The notes under the pieces: model-generated
What the model saw: the letters and a program-made list of their open reading frames with translations, nothing else
The model's database searches: none
What the model was told of the DNA's origin: nothing
Made by a program: the position numbers and the translations under genes
In this document: one piece after another, positions 11,746 through 25,748 of the stretch
Layout: every line of letters starts with the position of its first letter
Numbering within the stretch: the first letter of the stretch is position 1
Source of the DNA: Lama glama
Lineage: Eukaryota
Reading direction: 5' to 3'
Assembly (NCBI GenBank): GCA_028534125.1
Contig: CM052832.1
Span: 23,562,001-23,626,000 of the forward strand
Length of the DNA stretch: 64,000 nucleotides

Positions 11746-14700
11746 TTGTCACCTTGGAGCAGTGGTACCGACAGTAGCATCAGCCCTTTGGAGAGAAAAT
11801 GTATATTCTCCTATTTACGAGACCTGGTTTTGCCACAAACTGCTAAACTTTGCAATGTCTGTCTCTTCATCTGTGAAAGGAGGCGATACGGCCTAGAATG
11901 ATCTCGGATCTCCTCCAGCCCTCTGGTTAAGCATGAATCAGACATTTTATGCTGGCCACACAGCTGTTGCCGTGGACTTTTCAGAGGCAAATCAAAGGCT
12001 TGTTTGTTAAGCCGTTTGAATTGCATTGAATCATGCTCTAAGACAATTCACTTTTTAAATATACTATCTTATTACTATATTTTGGTTAGAGAGGCATGAT
12101 AATCCTTGTCTGCACATAATTCTGAATCTTTAAAGCAAAAACCCTTGTGCCAGGGCTAAGGGAAAAAAAGAAGTAACTTGCAGAATTAGGCACCCAAAGC
12201 ATGACATTTCCATGTAAACCCATTTCGCCTCCTCTCCCCAACACCACGCACATAAACAGAAATCCACATTTAGGATTATAAAGTTACAGTGAAAACTGAT
12301 CCGCTTGAGGGCATCGTAACAGATAATAGGTCTTTGTAAATGTTTAAATCACTACTTGTTTCATTTAAGGGATTCTCGACAAAATATCAATTTTTTTTAA
12401 TCACTGCCTAAAATATGCCATGTTGGTAAATAACTGAGTTCCAGAAACCGTGGTTTCGCTTTTGCTGTTCTTCGTAGTGGGAGAATATTTCTCATAAACC
12501 TATTTTCCCGTGAATCTTCATACCAAAAATAAAAATCCATCTCATGGGACATATCTGGGGATCGGTGTGGCCATCAACATTCCCTGGCCTGAGAGAGTCT
12601 AGACTGTGGACTTAGAAATTACATAACCGTTCTTGCCATATGGTGTGTTGCTCAGATTTGCTAAGATGGGTTTTCAGGCAGTGTAATACCCTGCAGTTTA
12701 GGAGAAATGTTTTACATCTGATTCTTGTTCTGCTAACGTTGCTTTGTATCATGAGGGGACGGCTGATGGCCTCCTGGCAGTGGGCTCTTACTGTGGGGAG
12801 AGTAGCCATGTTTGATGGGAGGGTTTGTGCGCCCAGAGGTAGAAATGATTTCTGTTTCATATTATTTAACTGTGCATCAAAATGTACGTTCTCCAAGCTG
12901 ACAGTAACCATAATAGAACCAATTTTTTAAGCAGAGTTCCAAAATATTTGTTTTGGCATATTGCACTGGCTCATTATTTTGCCACCCAAGTGTATGGGAA
13001 GCCCTCGGCAAGAGCCTTGCATAGAGTAAATACTCAACAGTTGTTAGATGTTAAGTTTATCTAGGCTGTAGACGTTTTCCCTGTGGTTATGAGAAGCAGT
13101 AGTAGTTGACTATTTGAAACATTTGTTAGAGATCCACTATAAATGGTGCATGCCATCTTAAAAGACATTTATGAAACAATCTGACTGCAGAACTCTGGTA
13201 GATTTTTTTTTTCCTTTACAGTCTTTTACAAATTGTCTCACCCATACCTAATTTGACAGTTCTTTCAGCAACTCACTTTTATCAAGTTGTTCCTGAGCAT
13301 CTAGCCTAGTTTTCTTAGAAAAAGCAAACTCTCTTTTTGCATTTGTTAATTATGTAATTACACAACTGATACAAACCAGTTTAGGAGCAAACACAGCTGA
13401 CCCTTTGTAGGAACATAACTTGGCTGGTTGGAGTCCGGAGAGTAGCCTACCAGCTAGGTGATTCAGTGTGCAGTCGGCATGCGTCAGTGTATTTTACAGG
13501 TGGAAGAGAGAATGTTGGTTAATTCAGAGAATCTAATATTGTCCCAATTTTACAGATAAGGAAACTGTGGTTCAGAGAGATCTTGCTGCTTGTGACAGAG
13601 CTGAAAGCAACGGTAGATATGGGTTTGGGTCCCTGACAATTATGTGCAAAGATTCTGTGAATTTGACTGCAACCCCAGGCTTCTCTCTTCTCTCTCATCC
13701 CAGCATGAGTCTCTGTTAAGGAAGTCATACTGGAGTGCTCTGGCTTGGAACCTAGCCAGGAATAATCTTAATAGCACTCTCCCTCCTGTCTGAGAATGCC
13801 TGGGTTTGATTTGAGCTTTGTTTTAACTTCCCCTCAAGTGCTGTCAATATCATGCACCCCATAGTCCAGAAGAGATGTTGAGTCAAGTCTGCGTCTGTAT
13901 CAGAGAGAGACAGTGGAAAACACCGTCTAGCAGGTAGAGATGAACGTTTACTTTCTCAGCAGTTGTGGTATGTGCAGACGCCCTCCTGAATCACTCCAGA
14001 ATGGAGTCTCTGTGAGACAGTCCTCACGGGCTTTTCATCGGGGCCACAGGCCTGACCCCCTCCTCCGTGACTCAGCCACTTTATTGGGCCACAAAACAGG
14101 GAGCTGTGGTTCATTGCCAGCTCTTGGCTGTTCCCAGCACTGTCTCTGGGTGGAAACACCCATCCGGGTGAGTCACCCACGCCCCGCTGTAAGTGAGGCT
14201 CCTGAGGACAGCAGTGCCGGTAGCTCCTGGGGGCCACTGCGGAAAACGGCCCCCTGGTCTACCTTGACCCCCTTGGCCCAGTTTCTTGGGATCCTTTTAC
14301 CAGGCCCCTTAATGACAAACTTCTGTAATTGATTAAAACTTAAATCTAGTGTCATCAAGTCAGGCTTTAAAGCCCTAGTTCTTTTTATCTAAACTACATA
14401 GTTTTTGGTCATTGAATGTAAACCAGGTTTAAAGTCCCTACATGCGACAATTTCTGACAGTTGCACCGTTTGAAAGAGCTTTACTAAAACCTCCGAGTTA
14501 GGCATTCCTCAGCCCTTTAGGTATGTGTGAAGAACTTGACTGGTCTTGTGCTGTCCAGGTGCTCTGATTTGGAGCTGGGCCACCTGCCAAGTCCAGACTC
14601 ATCAGAATCGTTAGGGCTGTCCCCCTTGTCAAGAGTGGAAAAACACCCTCCCAAATGAGTAGGCCCGGGAATTTAGAATAAAAAATATTGGGCTTAGCCA

Positions 14701-16869
14701 TTTGTTTTCACTCTAACTCCAATGAGAAAAGAGCTGGGGAAAAGAAGGAAAACTGGAGATTGTGTTTAAAGTGACAAAATTATTGATTGTGTTAAAAAGT
14801 CTTGACTGCTCTTCCATGTCGCTGTTTTAGAAATAACTCTGTGCCTGTGTCTTGGCCAGCCTCGTATTGACATAGTGTTTCTTTCAGCCGTGATCTATGT
14901 GAGGCTGCCTTGTGGAGTGCAGATTGTGAGTAAGATAAGGTTATGCCCTCTGATTTTGTTCTTCCTCTTCCTAACACGTACTCACCGGTATGTTTCACCC
15001 AGTTCCTCATCGGTAGTCAAGTGTTAGTAGATGCGTGGTATGTGCTTTCCCTTCCACCCCTAGTTTCTCATCTCCTCTGCTTTGCTGTCTGGGCCCTGCG
15101 ATAGAGAGTTACCCTGGTTACCCGGCTCCCAGTGCACAGGCCTACCAGCTTTGAGGCCATTGCTGCTACTCCCTGTGGGGACAGAGTATCACAAGTGTAG
15201 AGACTCAGGGTGTTAGCTTTTCAAAGACCTGTATTGTGTGACTCAGGGTTGGGTGGGTCAGGTCTGTGACTCTGCTCTGCTGTTCTGACATTCTGTTGTG
15301 GGTTGCTTTGGGCATGCCTGTGCTTTAAGACTTGTCCACACGGTTCTAGGTGTCTAATCATAAACCCCACAGAGGAAATTGGCATCTTGGTCATGGTTAT
15401 GAACAAGTGAGGTCAGGTTTGCCCTGTGGACTCCCTGTGCCAGGCATGTGGAGCTGACGTCTGCAGAGCGGCCCTGGCATAGGGCCTGTGTAAAAGCCAC
15501 GAGGCTCTTCCTGGGTTGGAGCGTGTTGTGCCTTTGCTCAGGTTGTCTGGGCTAGAAACAGATGCTCACAGCTCCTCCCGTTCCCCTTGGGACTGCTGCT
15601 CTGTCCCTCCTGGGCTGCGGGGCTGGTACTCACTCCCCTAGACAGACACGCTTCACTCCATCTGAGTGTGCTCTCTTGTCGGGAAACGTTTGCGGTGGGG
15701 ATGGTGCATCTTCTGTGGGTTCCCTGATTCCCACCAACCAGCAGCACACACAGCTCCTTTTTTATTGGTGAGCTGAGCTTCGAAGAGCAGTTGGCAAGTC
15801 GTCTTTTTTTTCCTATGCTGAAAAAAGGGACTGCTGTGTTTGAAAAATAGAAGGAACAAAAGAGGGGAAAAAAAAAACCTTCAGTCTTTTGGAGAAACCA
15901 GACTCTCCTTAGTAGACTGTGTAAGTGTCTTTGGTAGTTAATATTTTCTCTCCATCGCAGGGTGAAGTTTTGTAGAGAGCTGGTTTATGCTGAGGACAGG
16001 CACCTGTATAGTGTCTGCCGGCATTTTTAGGCTTCGGTTGACAGTCTTATTAGGTTTTTTAAAAAATCATTTATTGTCCCAGTGATGCCTGAAAGCCATG
16101 AAACCAAAGAATTGATTAGGTATAACCCCAGCTAGGGGTTCCTACAGCTACAGCGGCACCAGAATAAAAAAATAAAGGGAGCTCTATTCATAATTTTATT
16201 GATATGATTTATTAAGTTGTTTTTCCCCCTGTACCTTTCTGAGATAATGTTACAAGAAAAAATGTTAAATGGTAAATATTCTTCCTCCGCTGAACAACAT
16301 GGGTCAGCATATTCTGGCCCAGATAATTATTAATGTTGCTGTTCCTTCTTCCTCTCCTCATCATGACCCAAAACACACACACGTTTACACACCCCTTTCT
16401 TCCTTTCTTTCTCTCAAGTGTGAGTACACCACCACCATTGTATTTGGTCAGTGCAGTCTTAAAAGTGGGACCCCTAGGGGTGTGAGAGAAAGAGCAATAA
16501 ATGATTCCTTTAAATTATTTGTTTCTAAGAGTAAGTGTCTTTTCTTTTGCCTTTAAAATTGGATTGCCTCACAGAATTGTTGCAAAGATGGAGGAACTAT
16601 TAAAGGAAAAATAATTAGATGATTACCTCCTTTTCTACACCAAAATGAATTTTAGTTGATTAAAGATTTAAGGGATGGTATTAATTATAGACATTAGCTA
16701 AAATATATTCTAGGCTTCTAATGGCCGGACCCTATGGTAAGTGCTTTACCGTATTGCCTTATTATTTCATACCAGCAACAGTAAGATAGCAACTGTCATT
16801 CCTGTTTTACTGATGAAGAAACTGAGGTCTTGCCCAAGGTTACGTAGCTGGTAAGGAGTAGAACTCAGG

Positions 16870-17830
16870 TTTGGAACTAAAACTGTATAAATCAAAAACA
16901 AAACTAGAAGAAAATATGCTGTGTAATTTGGGGTAATAATAATCCAGAACGATTTTGGAAGCATAACATATGCCATAGATGAAAATCATACAGAAAAAGA
17001 TGAGAGATTTGAATGTGAAAGACAAAAAGCTTTTGTATGACAAAGAACAACAGAAGACTGAAAAATAAATAACAGACTGGTGGGAAAAAAAATGTGCAAT
17101 GTATGATAGACCAAAGGTTAATATCCTTAATATATGATGGGCATTTTAAAAATTAAAAGGTTAATATCCTTAATATATGATGGGCATTTTAAAAATTAAT
17201 ATTTTAAAAAATTAACAACTAAATCAATTGATTTATAAACATAAACATAGGACCCAAATAGTTTACTATAGAATAAATAGAAATGGACAATAAACTAAGG
17301 AAAGGGAAATTTTAATTTAACAAAACAAGAGGCTTTCTTTTTTTTCCTGTTATGATTTAGTCAAAACCAAAAAGAACGCTAATAGCCAGTGTTATTGAAG
17401 GTGTAGAAAGAAGGCTCACGATTGCTAGAGGAGTTAGTAATTTGATCTTTTGGAAGTTTGCCTAGTAAAGTGAATAGAAAAGTGCACAAAGATACATACA
17501 TAAGGATAAATATTGCAGAAATAAAGGAAAGGGAAATCATCTAAATATCCATAGCAGGGAGCTGACTGCATCGGGTAAGCACATAGTGGGAGCTAAGCAG
17601 CTTTTAAAAAAAAAGTTAGTATATCTTTGTAGGAGTGCGAAAGTGTTCATTATGCCTTGTCTTTGAGTAAATTTCCCTCCAGACATGAAGCCATAGTGAT
17701 AAAATGGGTTCCAGTCTCTCTAGAATCCAGTCTTGCTTAGGTTTGTAAAAATACATGAACTTTACAATATAGTTCTTTGCATTTATCACTTTATGTATCA
17801 TTTTGGGATAGATATTTAAGGACATAAAAG
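16870..17830 (+). mobile_element. Degraded ancient L1 (L1M) fragment
   Basis: A-rich L1 ORF2-end/3' UTR-like phrases (aacagactgg..gaaaaaa, aaaggttaatatccttaatatat, gcacaaagatacatacataaggat). Confidence 0.5.
17113..17198. repeat. Perfect 43-bp tandem duplication
   Basis: aaaggttaatatccttaatatatgatgggcattttaaaaatta x2. Confidence 0.95.
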
Positions 17831-18998
17831 AGAAAAATTGTTTCCAGAAACACAGTATAATTGTTTTCGGCTTTTCCATGTTCCATTTCATGTTTCCCAG
17901 AATTTTTTCCTCTCCTACTTATAACTAAAACTTTATTAAATATAATAAATCTGAATTATATTCTGTCTGTCAAATGTAACTAAATATCTAACTGAAAGAA
18001 CTTGACTTTTTGGAAAGTGTATGTATTCATGTAGTGGAAATCAAAGAGACTAGTCTATTTTTTTTTTCAGTCACATATTTTGTTTCAATGTGTAGGAGGT
18101 AACTATGGGTGTCTGTAAAAGTGTAATCTGTAATTTTCATCAGAATTATTCAATTAGTGATTACATATGTTGACACGTCTATTCACAACCCAGCACCTCA
18201 CTTAACAAAGATGATTGTAATCTTTAGGGGCTCATTAGAATTTCAAAAACAGCCAGACTTCGACCAAGTGTAAACTCTACAATTAAACGTTTCTTTTTAA
18301 GTTCAGTAAACAATATTTTGATGCCTCAGTCATCAATAATGAGGAGAGGGGGCCCCCGATTAAATACACATTAGTTTGAGAACAGCAGTGTCAACAGAGG
18401 AACAATTTGGTAAATGAAAGTGCTTCCAGGCCAGGTACTCTGCGAAGATGCTACAGCTCCTGTTCTCAAAGCTTGCAATTCAGTAGAAGAGACAAAATGG
18501 GGATGGGGGAAAAATACTGCAATGTGATAAGTTCTGGATTTGTTTGAAAAAAAAATTACCATGGAGACCAGAGGTGGGAATAACTGATTCTCTGTGCCAT
18601 GCAGCACGAGCCGCTGATTGCAGATGAGCTCAGCCCGTTTGGGAGTAGCACCCACAGACTCAGGCCTTGCCACTCACTGGTGGCCTAATCCTGGGCAGAT
18701 GACTCACTCTTTAAGAGCCCCGCCCCCATCTCTTTATTGGTTATGATCCATACCTACCACACCTGGGTATGGCAAAGATTCCGTGATAAAGAATATATAA
18801 AGTGTGCTGTAAACGGTTCAGTTGACAAAAAATTAATTTTTTCTTGTTAGTATACACAATAAAAGTATACAAGTTAAATAGGTTAATTCAGATCCTATTT
18901 AGTATTGGCAATAATTTGGAAATAGGCCAAACTTAAGTTTATTCTTATGTTTTTCTGTCCTGGAGCACTCTTTAATCATTTGGTTTATTTCTACTGTA

Positions 18999-19250
18999 TT
19001 TTATTTTATTTTTAATTTTAATTTTATTTTATTGAGTTATAGTCAGTTTACAATGTTGTGTCAGTTTCCAGTATAGAATACAATTTTTCAGTTATACATG
19101 AACTTATACATATTCATTGTCACATACTTTTTCGCTGTTAGCTACCACAAGATCTTGTATACATTTCTCTGTGCTATACAGTATAATCTTGCTTATCTGT
19201 TCTATATATACCTGTCAGTATCTACAAATTTCGAACTCCCAGTCTGTCCC
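18999..19250 (-). mobile_element. 5'-truncated young L1 3' end (same family as the 1228-2617 element)
   Basis: close match to 1291-1500; TSD tttctactgta (18988-18998 / 19251-19261) followed by a TTTT/AA endonuclease site. Confidence 0.85.
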
Positions 19251-21917
19251 TTTCTACTGTAGTTTTAATGTGCACACCCTGGGTGGCTGTTTATGACACG
19301 TCATAAACCTGTTTTATGTAGCTTTATAGCAGTCATTCTTGTTTTTTCAGCTAATGATCTTTGGTTTAAAAAGGCCATTCCTAACAAGGAAAAAGAAACC
19401 TTGTGTTTTGCCCTTGGAAAAACACTGAGAAAATAATTTCGCGTAATTCCAGCCTACTCAGCACCAGGAGCAGAAACCAGAAAGTATTCCATTTCACTAC
19501 CTGACAAGCGAGCAGATATGAATTCTTGATTGGTTAATGACTTCAGGCTCTGCAAAGCCAGGGTGAAAGCTCCTTGGCCCCAGTGCTTCTCTGCAGCTTA
19601 ATCCTTTCCTCAACTCCAGCCCTTGCTGTTTTTTAGGTTACTAAATGTGAATTGAAGTTATGAATTACAATTCATAGGATGTTTGCCCTAGCCGAGTCTT
19701 AGAGTGTCTTGTCCCCACCCTCAGCCACTCCCTTTCTGGGGGCTGGTTCACCAGTGTGGAAGATCAAAGGAGATTGCTCCACCCCTCTTTGTGCCAAGAA
19801 AGCAGTTCTTTTTGAATGCCTTCGACTGACAGACCACACTTGGGGCCTGGCTGAGGACCACCATCACAAGCCTGACTACTGGCTGTGTTAAATAGATTTA
19901 AGCCTGTGCTTAGGCCTGGGCCTTGGGAATACATGTGGAATGAAAAATGTCTTCTGAGAAAACGTATCAGAAAAAAATATCAGTGTTTTTGAAAGATCAG
20001 CAACAGGATGGGTCAGATATTTTCTTGATGAACCCAGGACTCTACCAGCTTAACTCTAACATAAAAGCAGTTTTGAAAGTGTGTGTTTAGTGGATAATTT
20101 TGACAATACTTGATTCTTCTCAGTGCGTGTTTGTGTGTACATACACACACATCTTTAGGTAGTCTTCACAACAAACCTGTATTCTTAGGAAAACCTCTTA
20201 CAGTTACACCCTTTTTAAAAAAAATTCACATATTCCATCAACATTTTAAAAATTCCTCTTAGATGGAAGTCAGAAATTGAGAAATAAGGTTATGTAAATT
20301 TGGTATATTTTCTTCCAATCCTTTTTTTTCTTACTTTAGCACACATAGATTTCCCACATACACGCTTCTTGACAAAAATTATTGCATTATACATACAGCT
20401 GAACTTTTTGTTTTTATTCAACAATGTGTTTGAATTCTAGCATTGTTTACACGTGATTTGTTTTGTTTTTTTTAATATGGTGTGTGATATTCCATCATGC
20501 AAAATAGTCACATTTTACTTATCTGCTCCCTTACTAATGAACATTTAACTTGATTCCAGCTCATGGTATTATAAATAATGCTGCCATGAACATCCTTTCA
20601 CAGGGGTCTCTTGTCGGGGTGAGTCTCTAGAGCAGATGCCTCACAGTGGATCAGAGGGCCTGGGCGTGGTCCCTTTTATAGGTGCTGGGAGGTTTTCCTT
20701 AGAATGGCTGCATTTGCTGATTCTCCTGCTGGCAGCTTATGAAAATACCTGTTTCTTCCATCCAGCTATATTTGATATTGTCAAAAGTTTATTTTTTGCC
20801 AACCTAATGACTGACAATATTATTTCTTGCTTCACGTTTGCACTTTTAAGAGTTCCATCCATGATAAGTCATAGTATAACAAGAGGCTGCTAAAATCAGA
20901 TACATGAAAGAAAAACATACACCCCAAAGCTTAGGTTACGTTGCATTATTCCCAAATGTGAAAGGAGTTGTCAGGTAGGATAAAAAGATTAAACTGACTC
21001 GTCTTTGGATAAACATTTATTAAGCACTTTGTACTAGGCACTAGGATTACAAAGATAAACTGATTATAGCCTCTGACATCAGTCAGGGGCTTCTCGTTCC
21101 AGTGGAGGAAAGAGGTACTTAAACCAAGAGTTTCTGCAGAGAGGAAGGAGAATTATCACTTTAATTCTGCTAATGATGGAGGATGAATAGGCACCAATTT
21201 CAAAGGGTTAGTAAATGCTTCTTTAAGTGTTTAAAAAGATTTTCACACCTCTATTCTTCAGCTGGACACTACCATAGTGTATATAGTACATGGCAGAACA
21301 CCCCCAAGAGTTGCAGTTAGCTGTAGATGGGCTCACAGAAGAGAACTTGTCCCTGAACCCTCTGTGGGAACACAGGTGAAAGGTGTCTGTGCTCAGCTCA
21401 TCACCTCTACCAGCAGTGAACAGTTTCTCAGCACCTGGCAGGTACTTAGCACCATGCTAGGGCAGAGGTGCACACACACACCAAGATGTGTATGATGTGG
21501 TTTCTGGCTCATCGGAAGCTCAGAGTCCAGATGGAGAGATAAGACAATTTATGTTGAATGACACTTTAATACTAACTCAGGAGAAGAAACTCAACCAAAC
21601 TTCAATGATGCTTCCATATGGCCCACAGACAATAGCCATGCAGGAAATTGTAATGCCCAGAGGAATGACTTAGATGGAAACAATGGGTAAGATCATAAAT
21701 TGAGCCAGGTGCTGCGCTATAGTTTAGACAAGTCAATAAAATTGCATATATTGAACTGTTAACACACAGCCCTACAAACAGTAGCTGTGCGATACACTTA
21801 ACATTTTTTTTGGGTTGAGAAAATGTTGTTCATGACTGGGGCTCAGTTATTAATACAAATATGTCAAGAAAAACCATGTTCTCTTTTTATATTTTTTGCT
21901 TTTCTTTTTTTTTTAAG

Positions 21918-22010
21918 GTCAGGAGGTGGTTTTCAAGTGCCTTGGGGAAGGAATTCTTGAAAAAGCCTTTCAGGGGTATAATGCTTGCATTTTTGCATAT
22001 GGACAGACAG
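21918..22010 (+). CDS. KIF13A: KIF13A exon (~5): [30 protein letters not shown](G), first half of the P-loop
   Basis: poly-T tract + taag| acceptor, |gtaagt donor, 93 nt; kinesin [13 protein letters not shown] motif. Confidence 0.97.
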
Positions 22011-22902
22011 GTAAGTCGCTGTTTTCCTTTGCAGTCAATGGTATAAGATGTATATTTCTTAAAACACAGAATTAGAGAACACTTTGGGGAGAATGCTTCT
22101 GACTTCATAGGTTTAGCTGAGTTAGGTGATCAAAACTAATCCTTTTTTGGAGGTTCAACAGTTGTGGTAATTGAGTAATTTCAGTGTTTATGAGCAAAGC
22201 TAGTTTCAAACTATTAAGTGTCATTTTCCTAAATTATAGTTTTAACCTGATTTCAGACTAAGAGAATAATTACCAGTTTTCAGTGTAAGTGTTATAGTGA
22301 AAAACTATAGAAAAACTCCTAGTGTCATCCTGTACAGAGGACTTTCACCAGGATACGAAAGTGATGATAGGTTATTTATTAAACCTAGTCTAGTGGTACA
22401 GTTGGTTGGAACAAGCAAAACGAAGACAGACTAGTGGCTCAGCCATTAACCCTCTGAGCCACCATTATTTCAACTGTAAAGTTGGAATAAATCATGACAA
22501 TACTGCCAATTGTCACATCGCAGGACAACCAGGAGAGTATATATCACAGCACTTTTACAAATGTGAAATATTTGGTGGATAAATGCTGTTAATGGAACTT
22601 GATGCTGTATAGTTGATACTTAACATACGTACTTTTGAAGACTATGTATTGGTGGTGGTTACATTGGTACCCATCCATCTGTAAAGGAGATGTCCCCCGG
22701 ATCTCGCAGGGAGAGTTGAAATGAAGGCCATGAGTGTAGTGGGAAGAATAGTAGCCTTGGTGTCTGGGGACCTGGATTTGAGGGCCAGGTGACTACTTCT
22801 GCTGTGTGATCTTGGCTGATGGACGCAGAACACTTGTCTGGTTGAAGCATTACATTTTGCTTCCTCGTCCGTCCTCCTTTCTTTCTGCTTGCCTTTCTCC
22901 AG

Positions 22903-23083
22903 GCTCAGGAAAATCCTTCTCCATGATGGGCAATGCTGAGCAGCGGGGCCTCATCCCCAGGCTCTGCTGCGCTTTATTTCAAAGGATCTCTCTGGAGCAG
23001 AATGAGTCGCAGACCTTTAAAGTCGAAGTATCCTATATGGAAATTTATAATGAGAAAGTTCGGGATCTTTTAGACCCCAAAGG
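22903..23083 (+). CDS. KIF13A: KIF13A exon (~6): SGKSFSMMGNAEQRGLIPRLCC...EVSYMEIYNEKVRDLLDPK
   Basis: tttctccag| ... |gtaagt, 181 nt; completes the P-loop GSGKS; YMEIYNEKVRDLL motif (ORF 22806..23087). Confidence 0.97.
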
Positions 23084-23479
23084 GTAAGTTAGTGGTTGAA
23101 ATTAACCTTGTAATTAGAGTAATAATTTTAAATGATCCTGAAGTTAAAGTTGCGGGAGTATGTGAATTTGAGCCCTTGGTCACTGTTCTGGTTTCAGTTT
23201 ATTTACTGAAATCGTCAGCTCCTCAGAGCCTGTTGGTGTATCCAGTAGCCATGGTTCATCCTATATTCGTGTATAAAGTTGCTCACATATGCCATTTAAA
23301 AGGATTTTTTTTTTTTACTGTTGATGTTATTTTGCCACTATGGTTCATTCGTAAAAATTGAGTTAAGAACAACACATTGGTCCTTCCATTTACGTTGGAA
23401 AGCAGCACCTCTAAATGGCAGAGTGGTTGAGGGATTCACACGACCCAGCCTAGGCAAGTCGTTTTTTTCCCGGGATGTG

Positions 23480-23600
23480 CGTCAGAATCACTTGGGAGAT
23501 TGTTTTCAGGACCCGTGGGCCTGAGCCCCACCTATAGAGACTATTCAGTAGACCCAGAGGGAGACCCAGGCATCTGTAATTTTTTATAACTAGGTGATAA
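23480..23600. mobile_element. MER5A-like fragment
   Basis: gcgtcagaatcacttgggaga...cccaggcatctgtaattttt. Confidence 0.55.
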
Positions 23601-25660
23601 AAGCCAGATGAGTTTGATTCATAGAGAAAGGAGAGGGCCATTTACTTTTTTTTAATTAAAAAATTTTTACTGATTTTTAAAATAATATATATTTATAAAA
23701 ATTTAGAAAATAAGTAAAATGTAAGAAGAAATAAAAATGACCTATAATCCTGCCACTCACAAATAGCTTCTGTTAACCCTTTGGTACTTTTTGATCCTGT
23801 GTTTCAAATCTCCAGGTGGTGTGTGTGGTGTGTGTGTTGAGGTTATTCTCTACATACAATTCAGTATCCTGAGTTTTTTTTTTATATAACAGGATGAGTA
23901 CTTTCTCATGTCATTAAAAATAAATTTAAATGCTTTTAGCAGTTGTATAATCAAAGGCATAATGAAAGGTATAAGATCAAAATTGGGGGTGGCAAGGAAG
24001 TGACCCAGTCATAGGAAATGTTTTGTTTACTTTTAAGTTAATAACTCTTTAATCCTTATGAAAGAACGTTTATAATACATGTGAGGTATGAAGAATAATA
24101 AAATCAACAGCTGCCCTACTCACCATTTGGCGTAGTAAATGGAACATGACCCATGTTTCTGAAGCCACCTGTATGTTCCTCTTTGATCCTATTTCAGTCT
24201 CTACCATTCCCCAAGGTAACTGCTATTATAAATTTTATGTTTCTTATTGTCTTCCTCGTCTTTAAGAGTTTACACATAATTTTGCACAATTTTTAACTTT
24301 GTGTAAGTGACGTCATAATATGGGTCCTTTGGTGAATGGCTACTTTTCCCCTTAATAATTCACTTGTTGTGATATATAAAGTAATAATTCGTTCATTTTA
24401 CTGCTCTTTAGCATTCCGTTGCATGATTATAGTATAATTTATTTATTCTATCTTCTGTCATTTATATGGTTTCCACTTCTTACCACCTCAGTGCTGCTCT
24501 GAGCACTCTTGGACAGTTCTCCTGGTATATAAATGCAGGAGTTTGTACCAAGAGTTTGTACATGGTTGTACCAGTTGACACTCCCACTAGCCATGTACAA
24601 TAACTCCAGACGTTAGACACCATCACAACACCTTGATATGGGGTTAGGTTGACTTTTTCTTGTTCATGAGGAGTGTTAAAGAATCTGGTTGTGCAGAGTG
24701 CGCTGAGTTCTGGTCCTTGTGCATCCAAGCAGCTCTGAAGACATGTGTTTGGTCTGCCCTTGTTTAGGGTACAGCAGAATTGCTTGTTGTCACCTTGCAT
24801 TCTTCATCCTTAAAATAGAGTTAGTAGAACCTACTTTGTGAGATTGTTGTAAGATTAAGTGAGATAACTGAGAAGTTCTTAGGGAACAAGGCCTAGACTT
24901 CGGGAAGTACTCAGTCATTCTTAGTTACTTTTTTCCACACTTGAGTGATGTCCAGCATTGACTCTTGATTTGAAAGGTGATCAGTATCTGATGCCGTGAA
25001 AAAGGTGGCATACACAGTATGGCCACAATACATAGCTTTGCTTTGCGTCTTCACTTATCTGTTGATAAGCTCTTCAGATGGGTCCTAGACCAAGTTTGGC
25101 ATTTAAAAATTCAGAAGAGCCCTAAAGTCTTCATCAGAAGAGCCAATTCTAAATGTAGGATAAATATCAGTAACTACAAACAATTACTATAATTTAACAT
25201 CACTTTCTGTATAAAATTGTCAGCTTAGAAAACAGCCTTTTTTTTTTAAAAATAAAATAGCCTGAAGGTTAAATTCAGTTCTGGCATGTTCTTTGCTTCA
25301 TTTTCTTTTTTTTTCCCTAATTTTCCCCCCTACTGTGTGAAGCTGAAGTTCATCTACTAAAGCAAGTTAGCCTGACCTAGTATTCTGTGTGCTGGCTGTT
25401 TAGTTTGGGAGTAGAGATAGAAGTTTTAAAATAGTAAGTTACTATAAATAGAAATCAGAGTATAAAAGACATTCCTCATAAGGAATGCTGTTTTGCTAAT
25501 CCAAATAAAGTAGCTTTTAGACTATTTTTTGATAGTTAAAAGCAATTCTACTGGAATGGCGATCTTAAGCTTCTGAGTACTTTTTAAAGTACTTTCTTTT
25601 TAGAAAGAAAAGCTTCAAGCTGGGTCTGATTCATTCATTCCTTTTTTCTTTCTCCCAAAG

Positions 25661-25748
25661 GAGTAGACAGTCTCTTAAAGTTCGGGAGCATAAAGTTCTA
25701 GGACCATATGTAGATGGTTTATCCCAACTGGCTGTCACCAGTTTTGAG
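25661..25748 (+). CDS. KIF13A: KIF13A exon (~7): SRQSLKVREHKVLGPYVDGLSQLAVTSFE
   Basis: tctcccaaag| ... |gtaagt, 88 nt; LKVREH..GPYV.GLS kinesin-3 motif. Confidence 0.96.

Noticed and set aside
15912..15925. ctccttag..gtaagt micro-exon-like pair
   Set aside because: 5 or 8 nt, not frame-preserving, weak acceptor
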